Origin: Eledone cirrhosa
Lineage: Eukaryota
Length of the DNA stretch: 64,000 bases
Assembly (NCBI GenBank): GCA_964016885.1
Contig: OZ024740.1
Span: 277,450,001-277,514,000, forward strand
Direction: 5' to 3'
Of the stretch, positions 43,827 through 58,312 are shown piece after piece. Made by a program: the position numbers and the translations under genes. Every line of letters begins with the position of its first letter. The first letter of the stretch is position 1. The notes below the pieces were generated by a model. It was not told where the DNA came from, searched no databases, and saw nothing but the letters and a program-made list of their open reading frames with translations.

Positions 43827-45813
43827 TAACGTCCTACACCGGCTTAAACTATAGATCAAAGTATATCAGTTGAAGATTTAACAATAACTCGTTTTACAGT
43901 CTTTGATTCTACAGAACAAAGAAAAATTGATACTATTTGAAATTATTGTTATATACATGTAAATTGTGTAATCCTTCGTATTTATGGTTCAAGTACAGAG
44001 ATGATCTCTCTGGGTAGTTTATACGTCTGGCACAACTGCAGTGCTCTGACATGGAGGGTACCAGTTATCGCGGTAGCTGTTGCCTCCACTGGTATTGCTG
44101 CTACTTTGCTGCCCGGTGGCAGGACAGCGCACTCGACTTTTAAACTGCCCCTGAATCTAGCAACATCTGAAACGCCTACCTGCAACATCAGTAAAAGCTC
44201 AGACCAGGGTCAGGTCCTCAAACGGTGTCATCTCATTATGTTGAATGAGTACACCATGGCTCATAAAGGAGCTCTGGAAACAGTAGATAGAACCCTTAAA
44301 GATATCAGAGATTGTCATGCTCCAATGGGAGGTGTAACGCTTCTGTTGTCTGGTATTTCGGACACACTCTTCCCGTCATTCCCAAAGGCACCAGGGCAGA
44401 TGAAGTCCAGGCGTGCCTTAAATCCTCTCCATTGTGGCGACATGTTACGACCCTGACTCTTACCACTAATATGAGAGCTCAACTACACTGTGATCACATG
44501 TCCGCCAGGTTTGCACAGGACATTATGACACTTGGCGATGGCAAGGTGCCTCTCAATGCTGCCGGAGAAATGGACGTCTGGCCATTTTGTACCATTGTTA
44601 ATTCTGTGCAGGAGCTGAAAGACCAAGTGTTTCCGAACTTGACAGAAAATTACCAAATTCACAATTGGCTGTGCGAAAGAGCAATAATGGCTCCAAAAAA
44701 CATCGCTGTTAATAAACTCAACGAACAGTTAATGCTGTCTCTTCCAGGAAATCTTCACATTTACAAGTCTGTCAACACAATCCCGGATCACAATTCATTG
44801 GAGTCCCCCAGACTACCTCCCTACATATTAGGACTTAAAGTTGGAACTCCTGTAATGCTGCTTAGGAATCTAGATCCGCCAAGACTGTGCAATGGGACAC
44901 AACTGGTGGTAAAGAAAATGATGTCACGTGTTATCAAGACAAGAATTAATTCCGGATGTGGAAAAGGTGATGACGTCTTCATTCCAAGAATACCTCTCAC
45001 TCCATCTGGAGCGGAATTCCCCTTTCTATTCAGACGTCTGCAATTTCCAATTTGTGTCAACTTTGCAATGTCCATTAACTAATCCCAGGGTCAGACCCTG
45101 TCTGTGGCCGGACTTCACTTGGAAGAGACTTGTTTCTCCCACGGACAATTGTACGTTGGGTGTTCCCGAGTGGGAATCAGAGGAAACTTTTTCTCATTTA
45201 CACGACGCGGAAAACAAAGAACATTGTTTACAACGAGGTGTTATAATAAAAAATACGAGGAGGAACACACACATACATATAGCGTTAGTAAGTTGCATAC
45301 ACATTACCTTCACACACACACATCTACACATACATATACATATGTGGTGCCTGACAAGTAATAGGTTTGCGTGAATGTATGTCTGTGTGTGTGTGTCTTA
45401 GTATATGTATGTGAAAGTGTATGTATGCGTGAGTGTATGTGTGATAACTTTTATTTTCATTTGCATTAAAACAATAGAAAACGACACGCCTTTGGTTCGT
45501 GATTAAATACACTCACACATTTACACAGATGTAGCAACTGACCAAAGGTGAGGTGAAAAGTTATGCGTTTGTCTGCGTGAATGTATGTCTATGTATGTCT
45601 GCATTAGTATATGTATGTGAGAGTGAATGTGTGTGAGCGTGTACCAACACTCACACATATTACAATTTATCATTACAATTTTGATATTTAAAAAATAAAA
45701 TATAGATATTTTGAAATAATTATGACAAAAAAGAAGACATATCTTCATAATTATTGTTTACTAATCTGAATAAGAACAGAAGTAACCCGGGCAACGCTGG
45801 GTAATTCAGGTAG
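43715..45813 (+). mobile_element. Internally deleted Helitron with Pif1-type helicase pseudogene
   Basis: AVASTGIAATLLPGGRTAHSTFKLP; LKVGTPVMLLRNLDPPRLCNGT; FAMSIN*SQGQTL; FSHGQLYVGCSRV; 3' hairpin ACCCGGGCAACGCTGGGT followed by GTAG|T. Confidence 0.92.
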
Positions 45814-45999
45814 TATATATATATATATATATAGGAAAATGATCAAGACCCCGACGAAACGGCTTGAGCTCTGCCATCAGGGGCTTGAATATTTTCCTAT
45901 TACTCACTTTACTGCCCAAAGTATTCAATACTCTGGTGCGTTATTGTCCACCTGGTTCCTACCACACTCCCTTCGTTATATATATATATATATATATAT

Positions 46000-46410
46000 A
46001 ATGTATAATAAACAGTGCAATACAATTACCTCATTGCCAGAGGTTTCCCGAATAAGACGAATACAAGAAACGTCCGCATTTGTTCGTCAGACAAGGTAAT
46101 TTAAAACATAGTGAAATATTTTTATATATCGCTTGTATAATTACTTTTATTTATATATTATATTTTTTTTGCTCGTTAAACGTTTGCCTTTTTTTAAGAG
46201 ATTTTTTCAAATATTTCACTATGTTTTAAATTACCTTGTCTGACGAACAAATGCGGACGTTTCTTGTATTCGTCTTATTCGGGAAACCTCTGGTAATGAG
46301 GTGATTATATTGTTTTGTTTATTATACATTAAATTTATCTCTGTAACTTACATAGAGCACTCATCATTCCTCTGACTTTTTCAATTTTCAACGGAAACTT
46401 AAATACTTAT
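46000..46410. mobile_element. PLE fold-back with inverted hammerheads (46029-46096 minus, 46234-46301 plus)
   Basis: CCTTGT-CTGACGA-..GACG/CGTC..-GAAACC-tct-GGTA|ATGAGG; the minus copy has GCA instead of GTA. Confidence 0.75.
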
Positions 46411-46411
46411 A

Positions 46412-46461
<50 letters not shown>

Positions 46462-46482
46462 TATTGAAGTTTCTGTTGAAAA

Positions 46483-47182
<700 letters not shown>

Positions 47183-47306
47183 TTACGTCTTTTATATAAT
47201 CGTTCTACATTTCTTTGTATTGAACCACAAAGTTACTAAGACAAAACCTATATCTTTGGTAGCGTAAGTATACATCTGTATAAATATGTTGGTAGATATA
47301 CTAATT

Positions 47307-47360
<54 letters not shown>

Positions 47361-47362
<2 letters not shown>

Positions 47363-48016
47363 GTAGGTCCCGGGTTGAGTCGGGGATAACCAAAGTAAGT
47401 AAGGTACTCAATACATGGCAGAGTAAATTTTTTTTATTTTATAGAAGAAGCTTCTACAGGACTAGTACTGTTTCATTCAGATGAAATCTTCAGGAAGCTG
47501 GGTGTCATATTAAGTTCTGGTATTTATACATTTAGGTAGTGGTAAGGGAGGGGTGGAGGCGGGGGGGGGTTAGGATGGTATTTAGATACACAGGACCACA
47601 ACATGGCACAGGCCGTTTTTTCTTTGGGGAGTGGTCAATTAGCCAGAGTGCTTTTTTGAAATAAATAAATAAGTAAATAAATAAATAAATAAATGAATAA
47701 ATAGATAAATGAATAAATAAAGAAAGAAAATAAATAGGATAAAATAGAAAAAAAAATAAGTAAAAACCCCAAGAATAGTAATTCAACAGATATATAGTAG
47801 GGAAATTTTTTAGGTGGGTTGGTAATAGAAATTAAACATTTAACAAGACCGAATCATGGCACAGACTGAGGTGAGTGATCAAGTTAACATACAAGCCACA
47901 GGTGGCCAGAGTGTTTTTTGTAGAATGGAAAGAATAAAATATATTTACATACTCACAACCACATACAAAAACACATACACACACATATATATAAATGCAT
48001 ACCCATACACACACAC

Positions 48017-48091
<75 letters not shown>

Positions 48092-48198
48092 TACATATAT
48101 ACACATATATATATATATATATACATACATACATACACATACACATGCGTGTGCTTGTGTATATATATATAGAGAGAGAGAGAGGGAGAGAGAGATAT

Positions 48199-48271
<73 letters not shown>

Positions 48272-48554
48272 AGAGAAAAAACACAAACACACAAATATAT
48301 ACACACACACGCATACACATACACACATATATATATATCTACACATACACACGTGCGTATACACATATACATATATATATATATATACACACATACATGT
48401 ATGTATGTCTCTCGGTATAAACTATACTATACATACACATACATACATATGCACACACATACATACACATACGTACACACACACGCAAACACATACATAC
48501 ACACATATATACATATATACATATACACACACATACACACACATACATATATAA

Positions 48555-48595
<41 letters not shown>

Positions 48596-50701
48596 TACAT
48601 ACATACACATACACATATACAAGCACACACGCATACATACACATACATACATACAAATAAGTACACATAAACGCATATGCACAAACACGCACTCGTTCGC
48701 ACACATACATGTGTCTATAATATAATGGGAAAAAGTAGTTGGACAAATTTTAAATTTTAAATTTTTTAATTTTAAACTGGGCCTGATAGAGGATTAAAAT
48801 AATTAATATCACTACTAAGTTATCAATATTATCATCAAGTAATTAATTACTATTTATTATTTACCATTCACTATTCGTTACCTATCTTTTATCTTTTATC
48901 TATTCATTACCTAATCATTCACTCATTAATTAACAAATAAATGAATGAGTTAACTAACACACAAACAAATAGATAAACAAATAAACAAGTAAATAAATAA
49001 ATAAATAAATAAGTAAATAAAGTAACTAAATAAATAAATAAATAAATAAATATACAGATAAATAGATAAAAAAATCACGAACGTGTACGTGCAGCAGTTC
49101 ATAACTGCACGTATGCAAACATGAGCAGGTATATACGTGAATTTTTATGTGCGGCCACGGAACTTTACTCAGAGGCATACAACACAATATATAAGACCTG
49201 GATGGGAGGAAAGAAGGTAATAATGAGAGATAGAGGTGAGGAAAGAAGGTAATAATGAGAGATGGAGGGACGGAATTGGGATGGGGGGCGGGGGTGGGGT
49301 GGTGATATGGGGGGGGGGTCAGTCGGAGGGGCCGGGTGGGTCTGTAGTTTTTGTAATTTGCATAGTTCTTGTGCATGCAATTAGGGGAGTGTTCCGAGAT
49401 CTTGTTGAGGAGAGGGCCTTTGGCGAATAGAATCTCATAGCTCTCGGAGATACAGAGGTCACAGCAATTATGGCCTCCCGTGTAGGATCGCGCTCTCTGG
49501 AGTAGTCTCCATTGGGTCTTGAAGGGGATGGAGTTCCTTTTAAGGTGCCAGATGTGGGCGGCGAGTGTAGTTTGGTTAGATTTGTCTGGGCGCCGGAACG
49601 AATGTGTGTGTGCGTACCAGCGAGTCTTAAAACTGTTAGAAGTCATCCCGATGTACGAGTTTCTTTTTTCATCGGGGCCTGAGAGTACATCGCATATATA
49701 CACGAGATCTTTTTTTAGACAGTTGTTGTTGAGAGGGCAGGTAGTCTTATCAGGGCAATTGCAATTGCCATCGGTTGCTGGATGGGCTTCGGAAAAAGTA
49801 GACTTATTTAGCTTCTTGATGTCATTGTTGGCTAAGTTCCTAGCTAGATTAGGTGTGGTAGAGTAAGAGAGTCTAATGGTATTCTTATTAAGGATTGTAT
49901 AGTACCTATGTTGGGTGGGGAAGTGTTTTTGTAAGAGAGTGAAGAAAATTTTAGCTACAGGTGTTGAGACTTCGCGGTTGAAGGGGGGGGGTTGTACCAG
50001 CTAATGTGCCTTCGCCTATTCTTCCTGGGTGGGCGTGGGGCTATACTAAGGTAGGTGATCTTATCTCTAAAGCCGCTGCGGGCCAGGGCCTCGTTGTAAT
50101 AGGGGGCTGCTGCTCTAAAGATATCTTCATTGGCGGCGAGGCTAGATATCCTAATGGAGACACTTTTCACTAGGTTGTCTAATATATTTTTGGAGTGGTT
50201 AGAATTAACGTCTATATATCTAAGGGATTCATTAGGTTTGTGGTACGGGTAGTAAAGGGAAGTTTCTAAGTCGATTCGGTCTTGTTTAACTTCTATTACC
50301 AACCCACCTAAAAAAAAATTTCCCTACTATATAACTGTTGAATTACTATTCTTGGGGTTTTTACTTATTTTTTTTCTATTTTATTCTATTTATTTTCTTT
50401 ATTTATTTATTCATTTATCTATTTATTCATTTATTTATTTATTTATTTACTTATTTATTTATTTCAAAAAAGCACTCTGGCTAATTGACCACTCCCCAAA
50501 GAAAAAACGGCCTGTGCCATGTTGTGGTCCTGTGTATCTAAATACCATTCTACCCCCCTAATCCCCCCACCCCAGCTACCACCCCTCCCTTACCACTACC
50601 TAAATGTATAAATACCAGAACTAAATATGACACCCAGCTTCCTGAAGATTTCATCTGAATGAAACAGTACTAGTCCTGTAGAAGCTCCTTCTATAAAATA
50701 A

Positions 50702-50703
<2 letters not shown>
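47361..50703 (-). mobile_element. Naiad-type PLE 3' portion bracketed by ~400-bp inverted terminal copies
   Basis: YHKPNESLRYIDVNSNH, WYNPP, CNCPDKTTCPLNNNCL, SYIGMTSNSFKTRWYAH, CDLCISE, NCMH; 47435-47833 is inverted at 50288-50703. Confidence 0.9.
50636..50686 (+). ncRNA. Hammerhead, type I (inverted copy 47449-47499)
   Basis: AGCTTC-CTGAAGA-tTTC-atct-GAAt-GAAACAG-tactagtc-CTGTA|GAAGCT. Confidence 0.85.
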
Positions 50704-50732
<29 letters not shown>

Positions 50733-51724
50733 TATACTATTATATATTATTATATGTTTAGATAAATGTATATATAACTACACATATATATAAACAGGTA
50801 TATTTTCATCTGCATGTGCATAGATACACACACATCTATCTATCTATATATATTTATATATATATACGCTAACTTTAGGTTTAATCAATACATATAAAAA
50901 TGTAAGAGACAACAATGTGTTTTTCTTTAACATTATCAAAGCTATTAGTAGCTTTCTAATTAGGATGGGCACCAGACTTTGAGGTCCACTATCCCTTTAT
51001 ATTCTTTTATTTGTCTTCTTTCGCTCTTCTATCTGTGCTGTTTGTTTCATCATACACACATCATACCGACAGAAAGACTTATTTTTTGTTTGCACTATCC
51101 AGCATTTTAAAATGGTATTTTCAACTAAATCGTGCGAAACTATTTTGCTGGTTTGAGAGCTGATGTGGGTGAAAGTGAGTGTGTGTAAACTTGTGATGCA
51201 CATCGTCTTTCTTTATTTCCTTCTTCCAGTCAATTCTATGTGCCAATACATTTCTCCTTGTCCTCTTCTTTTAACTCAATTTCAAATAATGCCACAGCTT
51301 GATACTTAAGAATGTACATCACGATGTGGCGTTTTAATCCTGCTAGGGACTTATCTATGGTCAGTAATTTCGGAAAGAAATATTACATATCAAGCAAGAC
51401 CTGTACTTAAAGCTTTTTTTAAGTAAGGAGTAGCTTTGCACGGGGCCAATCCCACTCTCTGACATCGAATGCATTTGCCCCAAAAGAAGAATTGGTCTAC
51501 ATCATTGGATGCAAACGAAGTCGCACGCTTTTAGTATGAGAGTGACCTACTCCTGGAGAGATTTCTTAATGAAGACCTGGTACAGCTCAGCATAACGTTT
51601 AACGGCCTAGTCCCACATTCGAGATATGCGTGGCTTGAGTCCTTGAAGTTTTTGCCGTCTCCAGGGAAGCTTTACCTGACTTTTTCAATTAACATTCATA
51701 GTGGTTGTTCATTACGGTTCAATA

Positions 51725-51880
51725 CGGTGGATTGGCAGTATCGGTTACGTCCCTTTACGGTCTGAGTTCAAATCCCGTCGAGGTTAACTTTGGCTTTCAT
51801 CCTTACGGGGTCGATAAAATAAAGTACCAGTAATGCGCTGGGGTAATAGCTGGACTTGTGCCAAAAGTAGAACAATTATT
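51725..51880 (+). mobile_element. SINE with internal deletion
   Basis: Same A-box, B-box and core as the other copies. Confidence 0.85.
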
Positions 51881-51936
51881 ATAATAGTCATTTAGATTCA
51901 AAAAGACTACATTTCAAATCTTAGTAATGTAATAAA

Positions 51937-54307
51937 TCTATATATTAATTTCAAGAATGTCATTATTCCGTGTGTCATAATTCTCGATTATCATTGGTTC
52001 ATAGGTTTCAAACGACTCTGCCCACTTCAACAACGCTAAACTGAAATTAATATGCAAAATGCCAATGAGGGAGTGAGAGGGGAGAGTGTGAACGCTGTGT
52101 TTCATACACTATGTATATGTGTCAGTGTAGAGTGATATGTGTGGAAATAAGAGGGGAAGTAAAGCAATAACATGCGTGCGTGTGTATGTACGTGCGCGTA
52201 TGTTTATGTGTGTGTGCGTGCGTGCAGCGTTCCACAGAAAGTAAAAACTATCAACTCGTGTGAGTGTGTGCGCGTGTAAGTTTGCGTGCGTGTGCGCGCG
52301 TGTAAGTTTGCGTGCGTGTGCGCGTTTCCATGCGTGTATGTGTGTGGCGTTCCACAATCGCCACGCAGTTTATCTGTCTGTGTGCCTGTCTGTCAGTCTA
52401 ACATACACAGAGTTGTGAAGGGAGTAAATAGGGACCTTTTTTTTACATTGTCGGACATCTTTTATATTTATTATTGTGTCATTTTTTGACAATTGCTCGA
52501 AATGAATACTGATAATAAAAGCAATTAGACTTTATCAAACAGTGAACTACAGCGGTGACGGCGTGCAGCCAGCAATGAAGAAAAACGGGCCGAACAGCGC
52601 CATCGGAACGCCGAACTTCAGAGGCGAACACGTGCCGCCATGAATGAAGAGGAGCTGGCTGAACAAGCCAACGAAACACTGGAGCCAAGCAGCGACGGCG
52701 TGCTGCAATGGTTGAAGACGAACTGGCTGAGCATCATCAGCAGATGGCCGGAATTCTGCAGCAACGGCGTGCTGAGATGGATGAAGAGCAGCTGGCTGAA
52801 CAGCGCCAGCGCAATACAGCAGTTCAGAGAATGTGTCGCCAAAGTGCTCCTCATTCCATTAAAGAGGCTAGAAGGCGAACGGATCATATTAAAAATGGAT
52901 CATGGCAACCGTGTCATTTTCAGATTGGTGAACGAGCAGAGTGTCCACATTGTGGAGCATTGCTTTGGAGGCACGAAAAGACGTGGACCACAATGTGCTG
53001 GTATAAAGGAGCAGTTCAACTAGAACGCTTGCGAATGCCGGATGATGAGGAGTCACCGGAGTTTAAAATACAAAGTATTTGGAGTGATCAAGCAGTCCGA
53101 GATAGATTACTGCGCAAATATTCCACCACTCAGCAATATTCCACCACGTTGGTGATAATCAGATTAAGAATCCCAGATCATTTGGTCATGCCACTGGACC
53201 GCCAAGCATTGATTGACTGGGTGTTCCCTAATTTGAATGCTTTTTGGCAGAACATCTCCTGGATATGGGAACGCGTTACGAATGCAACGGTCGATGAAAT
53301 AAATTCACAAGTAGCCGGAATGTTTCCTGGAGAGGAAAGGTTGACTGTCAGTTCGGATGCAATGGAGCCTAATCAGCAGAACAATATGGATGTTCCGACT
53401 GACTATGTGAATTCACTTCAAATACCTGGATTCCCCCCACATATTTTGAGGTTGAAAAAGGGCTTGCCGATTATATTGCTTAGAAATATCAATCATAAAA
53501 TGGGTCTTTACAATGGTACCAGATTAATTGTTGAGAGATTGATTAACGGAAGAGTTTTAGAAGCTAAACTCCCAGGCAGAGAGGACTCGGTTCTCATTCC
53601 GAGGATGATGCTGAGAGTCCAAGTGAAGATCTGCTGCCATTCATTTGGCAAAGGAGACAGTTTCCCGTCAATTTGGCCTTCACCATGACTGTCAACAAGG
53701 CACAGGGACAGACTTTCAAGCGAGTCGGTGTCTACTTGAATTATCCAGCATTCAGCCATGGGCAACTGTATGTTGCTACATCTCGAGTGTGCCATCCTGA
53801 AGGTGTAAAATTTGCAACCCTGAATATTGTCTATAATGAAGCTTTGAGCTGATATATGATATCTTTAATGCTATCAATAAGCGACGTAAATGATTCGGAC
53901 ATTGGTGTCCTTTGATCAGTATTGTGAGCTTTGACAGAGTTATCATTTATGTTCAATGTCATTTAATGTCGTTATGAGCAATAAAAGCAAACAAGTATTG
54001 GTAAAAATTGCTTTCACTGCTATGTTGCGCAATAAATGCCAACAAGTATTGGTAGAAATTGCCTTCACTGCTATGAATATTCGACGTAAATGATTCAGAC
54101 ATTGGTGTCCTTTGATCTGTATTGTGAGCTTTGACAGAGTTATCATTTCTGTTCAATGTCATTTATTGTCGATAATGAGCAATAAAAACCAACAAGTATT
54201 GGTAGAAATTGCCTTCAAATTTATCGCTTCTGATAGCAGTGGTAATAAAACCTCATCATATGCTGAGTCTGGCAAAACGTTTGGTGCCTATGGCCGGCCA
54301 GGGCTAG
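51937..54307 (+). mobile_element. Internally deleted Helitron: N-terminal coiled-coil/Zn-finger joined to helicase C-terminus
   Basis: 5' TC; CPHCGALLW; LRLKKGLPIILLRNIN..GLYNGTRLIV; AFTMTVNKAQGQTF..VGVYL..PAFSHGQLYVATSRV; ~200-bp tandem repeat at 53882-54216; CTGGC..GCCAG followed by CTAG. Confidence 0.85.
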
Positions 54308-54604
54308 AGTAATATTGAAAAACGATTCTATTTTCGAAGTAGAAGGATCCGCCATTTGGAGTTCAAACCAGGCCACCTCCCCGAGTTGAACTCTGGGTAA
54401 TATTGACTGTCTATTACTCTGTGGCTAAGAGCCTGGAAATTACTGAATAAATTTTTGTGTCATATAATTTGTTGTTTTATTATTATAACTGACCACTTAT
54501 AGATAAGCTGGTTATCCATATCCATATTAATTTGGCATTTGTATAAACCATTTCAAGTAAATAGGGACCTTTTTTACATTGACGGACATTTTTTATATTA
54601 ATTA

Positions 54605-54963
54605 TCTATATCTATATCTACATATAATATAAAAGATTGGAACTTCCATCATCCTTTTCAGAAACGTGGAACAACCACGTCTATGCAATGATACACGTTT
54701 TACAGTCAGGCAGAAGATGAACAATCTCCTAGAGGTCACTATTCTAGGTGGGAGCACCTAGAATTGTTCATATACTATGCACAAACGGTACAACGAAGAA
54801 TCTGGTATATCTGGCAGATTTTTTAAACTGTATTTTGTATCACACAGACACCACGGACTCGCCTCATACTGTAACCAGAAAAACATCCAATACAGTCATT
54901 TTCTCTTTTACCTGTCTTCTCTTATCATCTGTTTACCCCGGCGAAGCTGGGTACGTCAGCTAG
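54605..54963 (+). mobile_element. Short non-autonomous Helitron
   Basis: 5' TC; remnant GTTKNLVY; 3' hairpin ACCCCGGCGAAGCTGGGT followed by CTAG|T. Confidence 0.75.
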
Positions 54964-55620
54964 TATTTATTATTTTCTACTTTGGTATTGAACAATTTTA
55001 CTTGTGATTGTCCATCCAAACCCATGGCTCTATCTATCTCTCCCCATATCTTTCTATCTATATGTGTCTGTGTATGTGTAAATCATAATTTAACATAAGT
55101 ACGACCGCTCCGCAGATCATTTGTTCCCTTAACACAAAACTAATATTATGGCTCAATCTCATATCTGAAGTTTAACGAGAGATAAGCTTCAGTTATAAGT
55201 TCACGCGTGAGGTACTTTTAGAAATAGTGTTTGTAATTAAATGATGTAAGTCACGTAATATTTATCTGAAATATCTTAGAGATTCGTACTCAGTTGATCA
55301 GCAGTGAATTAATTAATAGTTACTTTTGTAATATCTATTAACACTTATTAAGAGTGTTGGTGCCAATTTCCGATTATATATGAAATAACGACAAAAAAGT
55401 TTACAATGCTCCTAGACACAAAACCCATGTTCTCTTTCCGATCTTAAAACAGTTACAGTCTTGTTAAATATTACGCGACACATCATTATCAATTATTGAA
55501 ATGATAACTAAGAGGAAAAAAAAACACGTGTACCTATATCGAGTAAAAATAAGTTTTCTGCGGTTGTATTTGAAATCATTTCAAATTTCAACTTCCATTA
55601 TGAATGTTGATTCAATGTGC

Positions 55621-55680
<60 letters not shown>

Positions 55681-55799
55681 AAATGAAAATCTGAAGGCAA
55701 GCTAAAATTCCAATCATTTAATCACGACACATGTTTCAATAAGAGATAGATCGATTGTGAAGCCACCTTACTATATAACAACTATATATATATATATAT

Positions 55800-56712
55800 A
55801 CAATATATTGAGAAACACACAGATACATGCGGACACACACATATACATGAATATATCCACATCCATCCTTGAGTTAATGGTGCCAACCTTAACCGATGTT
55901 GCTCTATGAATAACTGGGACAAACCAATCCGAATGGATTAGACTGAACCAGTATCAGAGCTAAAAGTACATTATGAAGAGAGAAGAAACATTTAGATATA
56001 ATTAGTAATATGATGTATCATACCTAAACTGCTTCTAGATTCCTCGACTACGTAGTTTCGTGGCATAATCAAAAACAATACATCATAGAGATATAGAGCT
56101 TTTGTGAGGTCTGCCGACTTATCAAGAGGATACCTCATTTTACTAGCCTCAAGAACACGTCTATAAGATGTGAGATAGAATCCCAAAAGGCGGAGGGGGA
56201 GTCAGTCACGTGATACAACGGTCAAGAAACAGAGCTAAGCCCCTTATAACCCTGAAAAAAATACCACGGAGGCGGAGGGGGTATTTATATCGAGGCCGTA
56301 GAAGAGGTGGTTAAGGAGACGAGAAGTATGAGTAATGGCAGCTTTCCAGCAGTCACTACACTTCAAAGATTACTCGACCAGAGGGAGTTATAAACAATAT
56401 ATTGAGAAACACACAGATACATGCGGACACACACATATACATGAATATATCCACATCCATCCTTGAGTTAATGGTGCCAACCTTAACCGATGTTGCTCTA
56501 TGAATAACTGGGACAAACCAATCCGAATAGATTAGACTGAACCAGTATCAGAGCTCTTGATAAGTCGGCAGACCTCACAAAAGCTCTATATCTCTATGAT
56601 GTATTGTTTTTGATTATGCCACGAAACTACGTAGTCGAGGAATCTAGAAGCAGTTTAGGTATGATACATCTTATTACTAATTATATCTAAATGTTTCTTC
56701 TCTCTTCATAAT
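55800..56712. mobile_element. Composite direct plus inverted repeat, probably a PLE terminus
   Basis: 55800-55960 repeats directly at 56395-56555; 55969-56126 is inverted at 56555-56712. Confidence 0.7.
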
Positions 56713-56733
56713 ATATATATATATATATAGATA

Positions 56734-56808
<75 letters not shown>

Positions 56809-56820
56809 ACACACACACAT

Positions 56821-56874
<54 letters not shown>

Positions 56875-56877
<3 letters not shown>

Positions 56878-58262
56878 TAATAATAAAATTGAAGACTAAA
56901 ATCCAAAGAGGGCTCGATAAGGAAAATATATATCAAATATATAAGAACCGTAGAGCAAATATTTATTAAAATAACAGATTAAAGTTTAAGCAAAGAATCG
57001 CTGCTTTCACCCTTAACGGGATCTTCTGAAACTAACAAAGTCAATCTGTAAACGCAGAACTGGATATTTCAAAAAACGTTGCAACCGGAGGAAGACAGGA
57101 AGACGATACTTTGGTTCGTGGTAACGAATTTGCACAAAACTTTCCTGTATTACAGCCCCACGTTATACCCTAACGGATAGTACGATCTATACGTGGATAT
57201 TTTACGTCTTGATGTGGGAGCTAAGTATATGTTTTGTTTATACCATTACTTATTTGCATAGGTAAGTATATATTACCCGTATGTTTTGTGAAGGTACGTA
57301 TACTTTCTTGTACGTATATTTGATTGTTATGGCGTATAATTTTATATATTCTGGTACATATGGTTTGGCTATGTGTATACGGGAGTTTTGCGTCTGTGTG
57401 AGTATGTTGGTTCGTACGTATGTAGGGTGTGTGTATATGTGTACTTCATGTTTTGGTTGACTTACGTCTCCGAACATTCGTGTATTTACATGTTGGTATG
57501 TGTGTGCGCTAGTTATATACGTATACATTTATATACGTTTATATAATTATTTATTTATTTGTATACACGCATACACACACATATATTTATATGTGCGTGG
57601 TTTTGTATACCTATGGTAAGTTTTTGCGTATGCTTGTGTATGTACGTATTTGTTTGCGTGTATGTATTTATTTATTTCTATTACTTCTGTATTGTATTTA
57701 TTTACTTTGTTCTTAACTCTGTAGCGGTGATTCATTCGGTCTCCTTGTTAGAATTTTAGTCTACGACTTCTGCTATACCATTTACGTAGTTTTGTCTTTG
57801 CGTGCTATTGTTCTCCACGCTCCATATATGACGTATTATCTTCGTTTTTCTCGTTCATTGCCAGAGAACGTCTCTATGCACCACCTAAGAGAACATTAGT
57901 CTACGACCTCTTTTATACCATAAACGTGGTTCTGTCTTTGCGTGTAATTGTTTTTCACTGCTCCTATTAATGACGTATTATATTTGTTTTTCCCCGTTCT
58001 TTGCCAGCGAACGTTTCCTCGAAACAAAGTATCGTCTTCCTGTCTTCCTCCGGTTGCAACGTTTTTTTAAATATCCAGTTCTGCGTTTACAGATTGACTT
58101 TGTTAGTTTCAGAAGATCCCGTTAAGGGTGAAAGCAGCGATTCTTTGCTTAAACTTTAATCTGTTATTTTAATAAATATTTGCTCTACGGTTCTTATATA
58201 TTTGATATATATTTATCCTTATCGAGCCCTCTTTGGATTTTATTCTTCAAATTTATTATTAT

Positions 58263-58266
<4 letters not shown>
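56875..58266. mobile_element. Family A fold-back, ~250-bp arms
   Basis: 56875-57120 is inverted at 58020-58266; flanked by (TA)n. Confidence 0.8.

Positions 58267-58309
<43 letters not shown>

Positions 58310-58312
<3 letters not shown>

Noticed and set aside
44001-45230. Host PIF1 helicase gene
   Set aside because: Intronless, frameshifted, has an internal stop, and is bounded by a Helitron 3' hairpin terminus.
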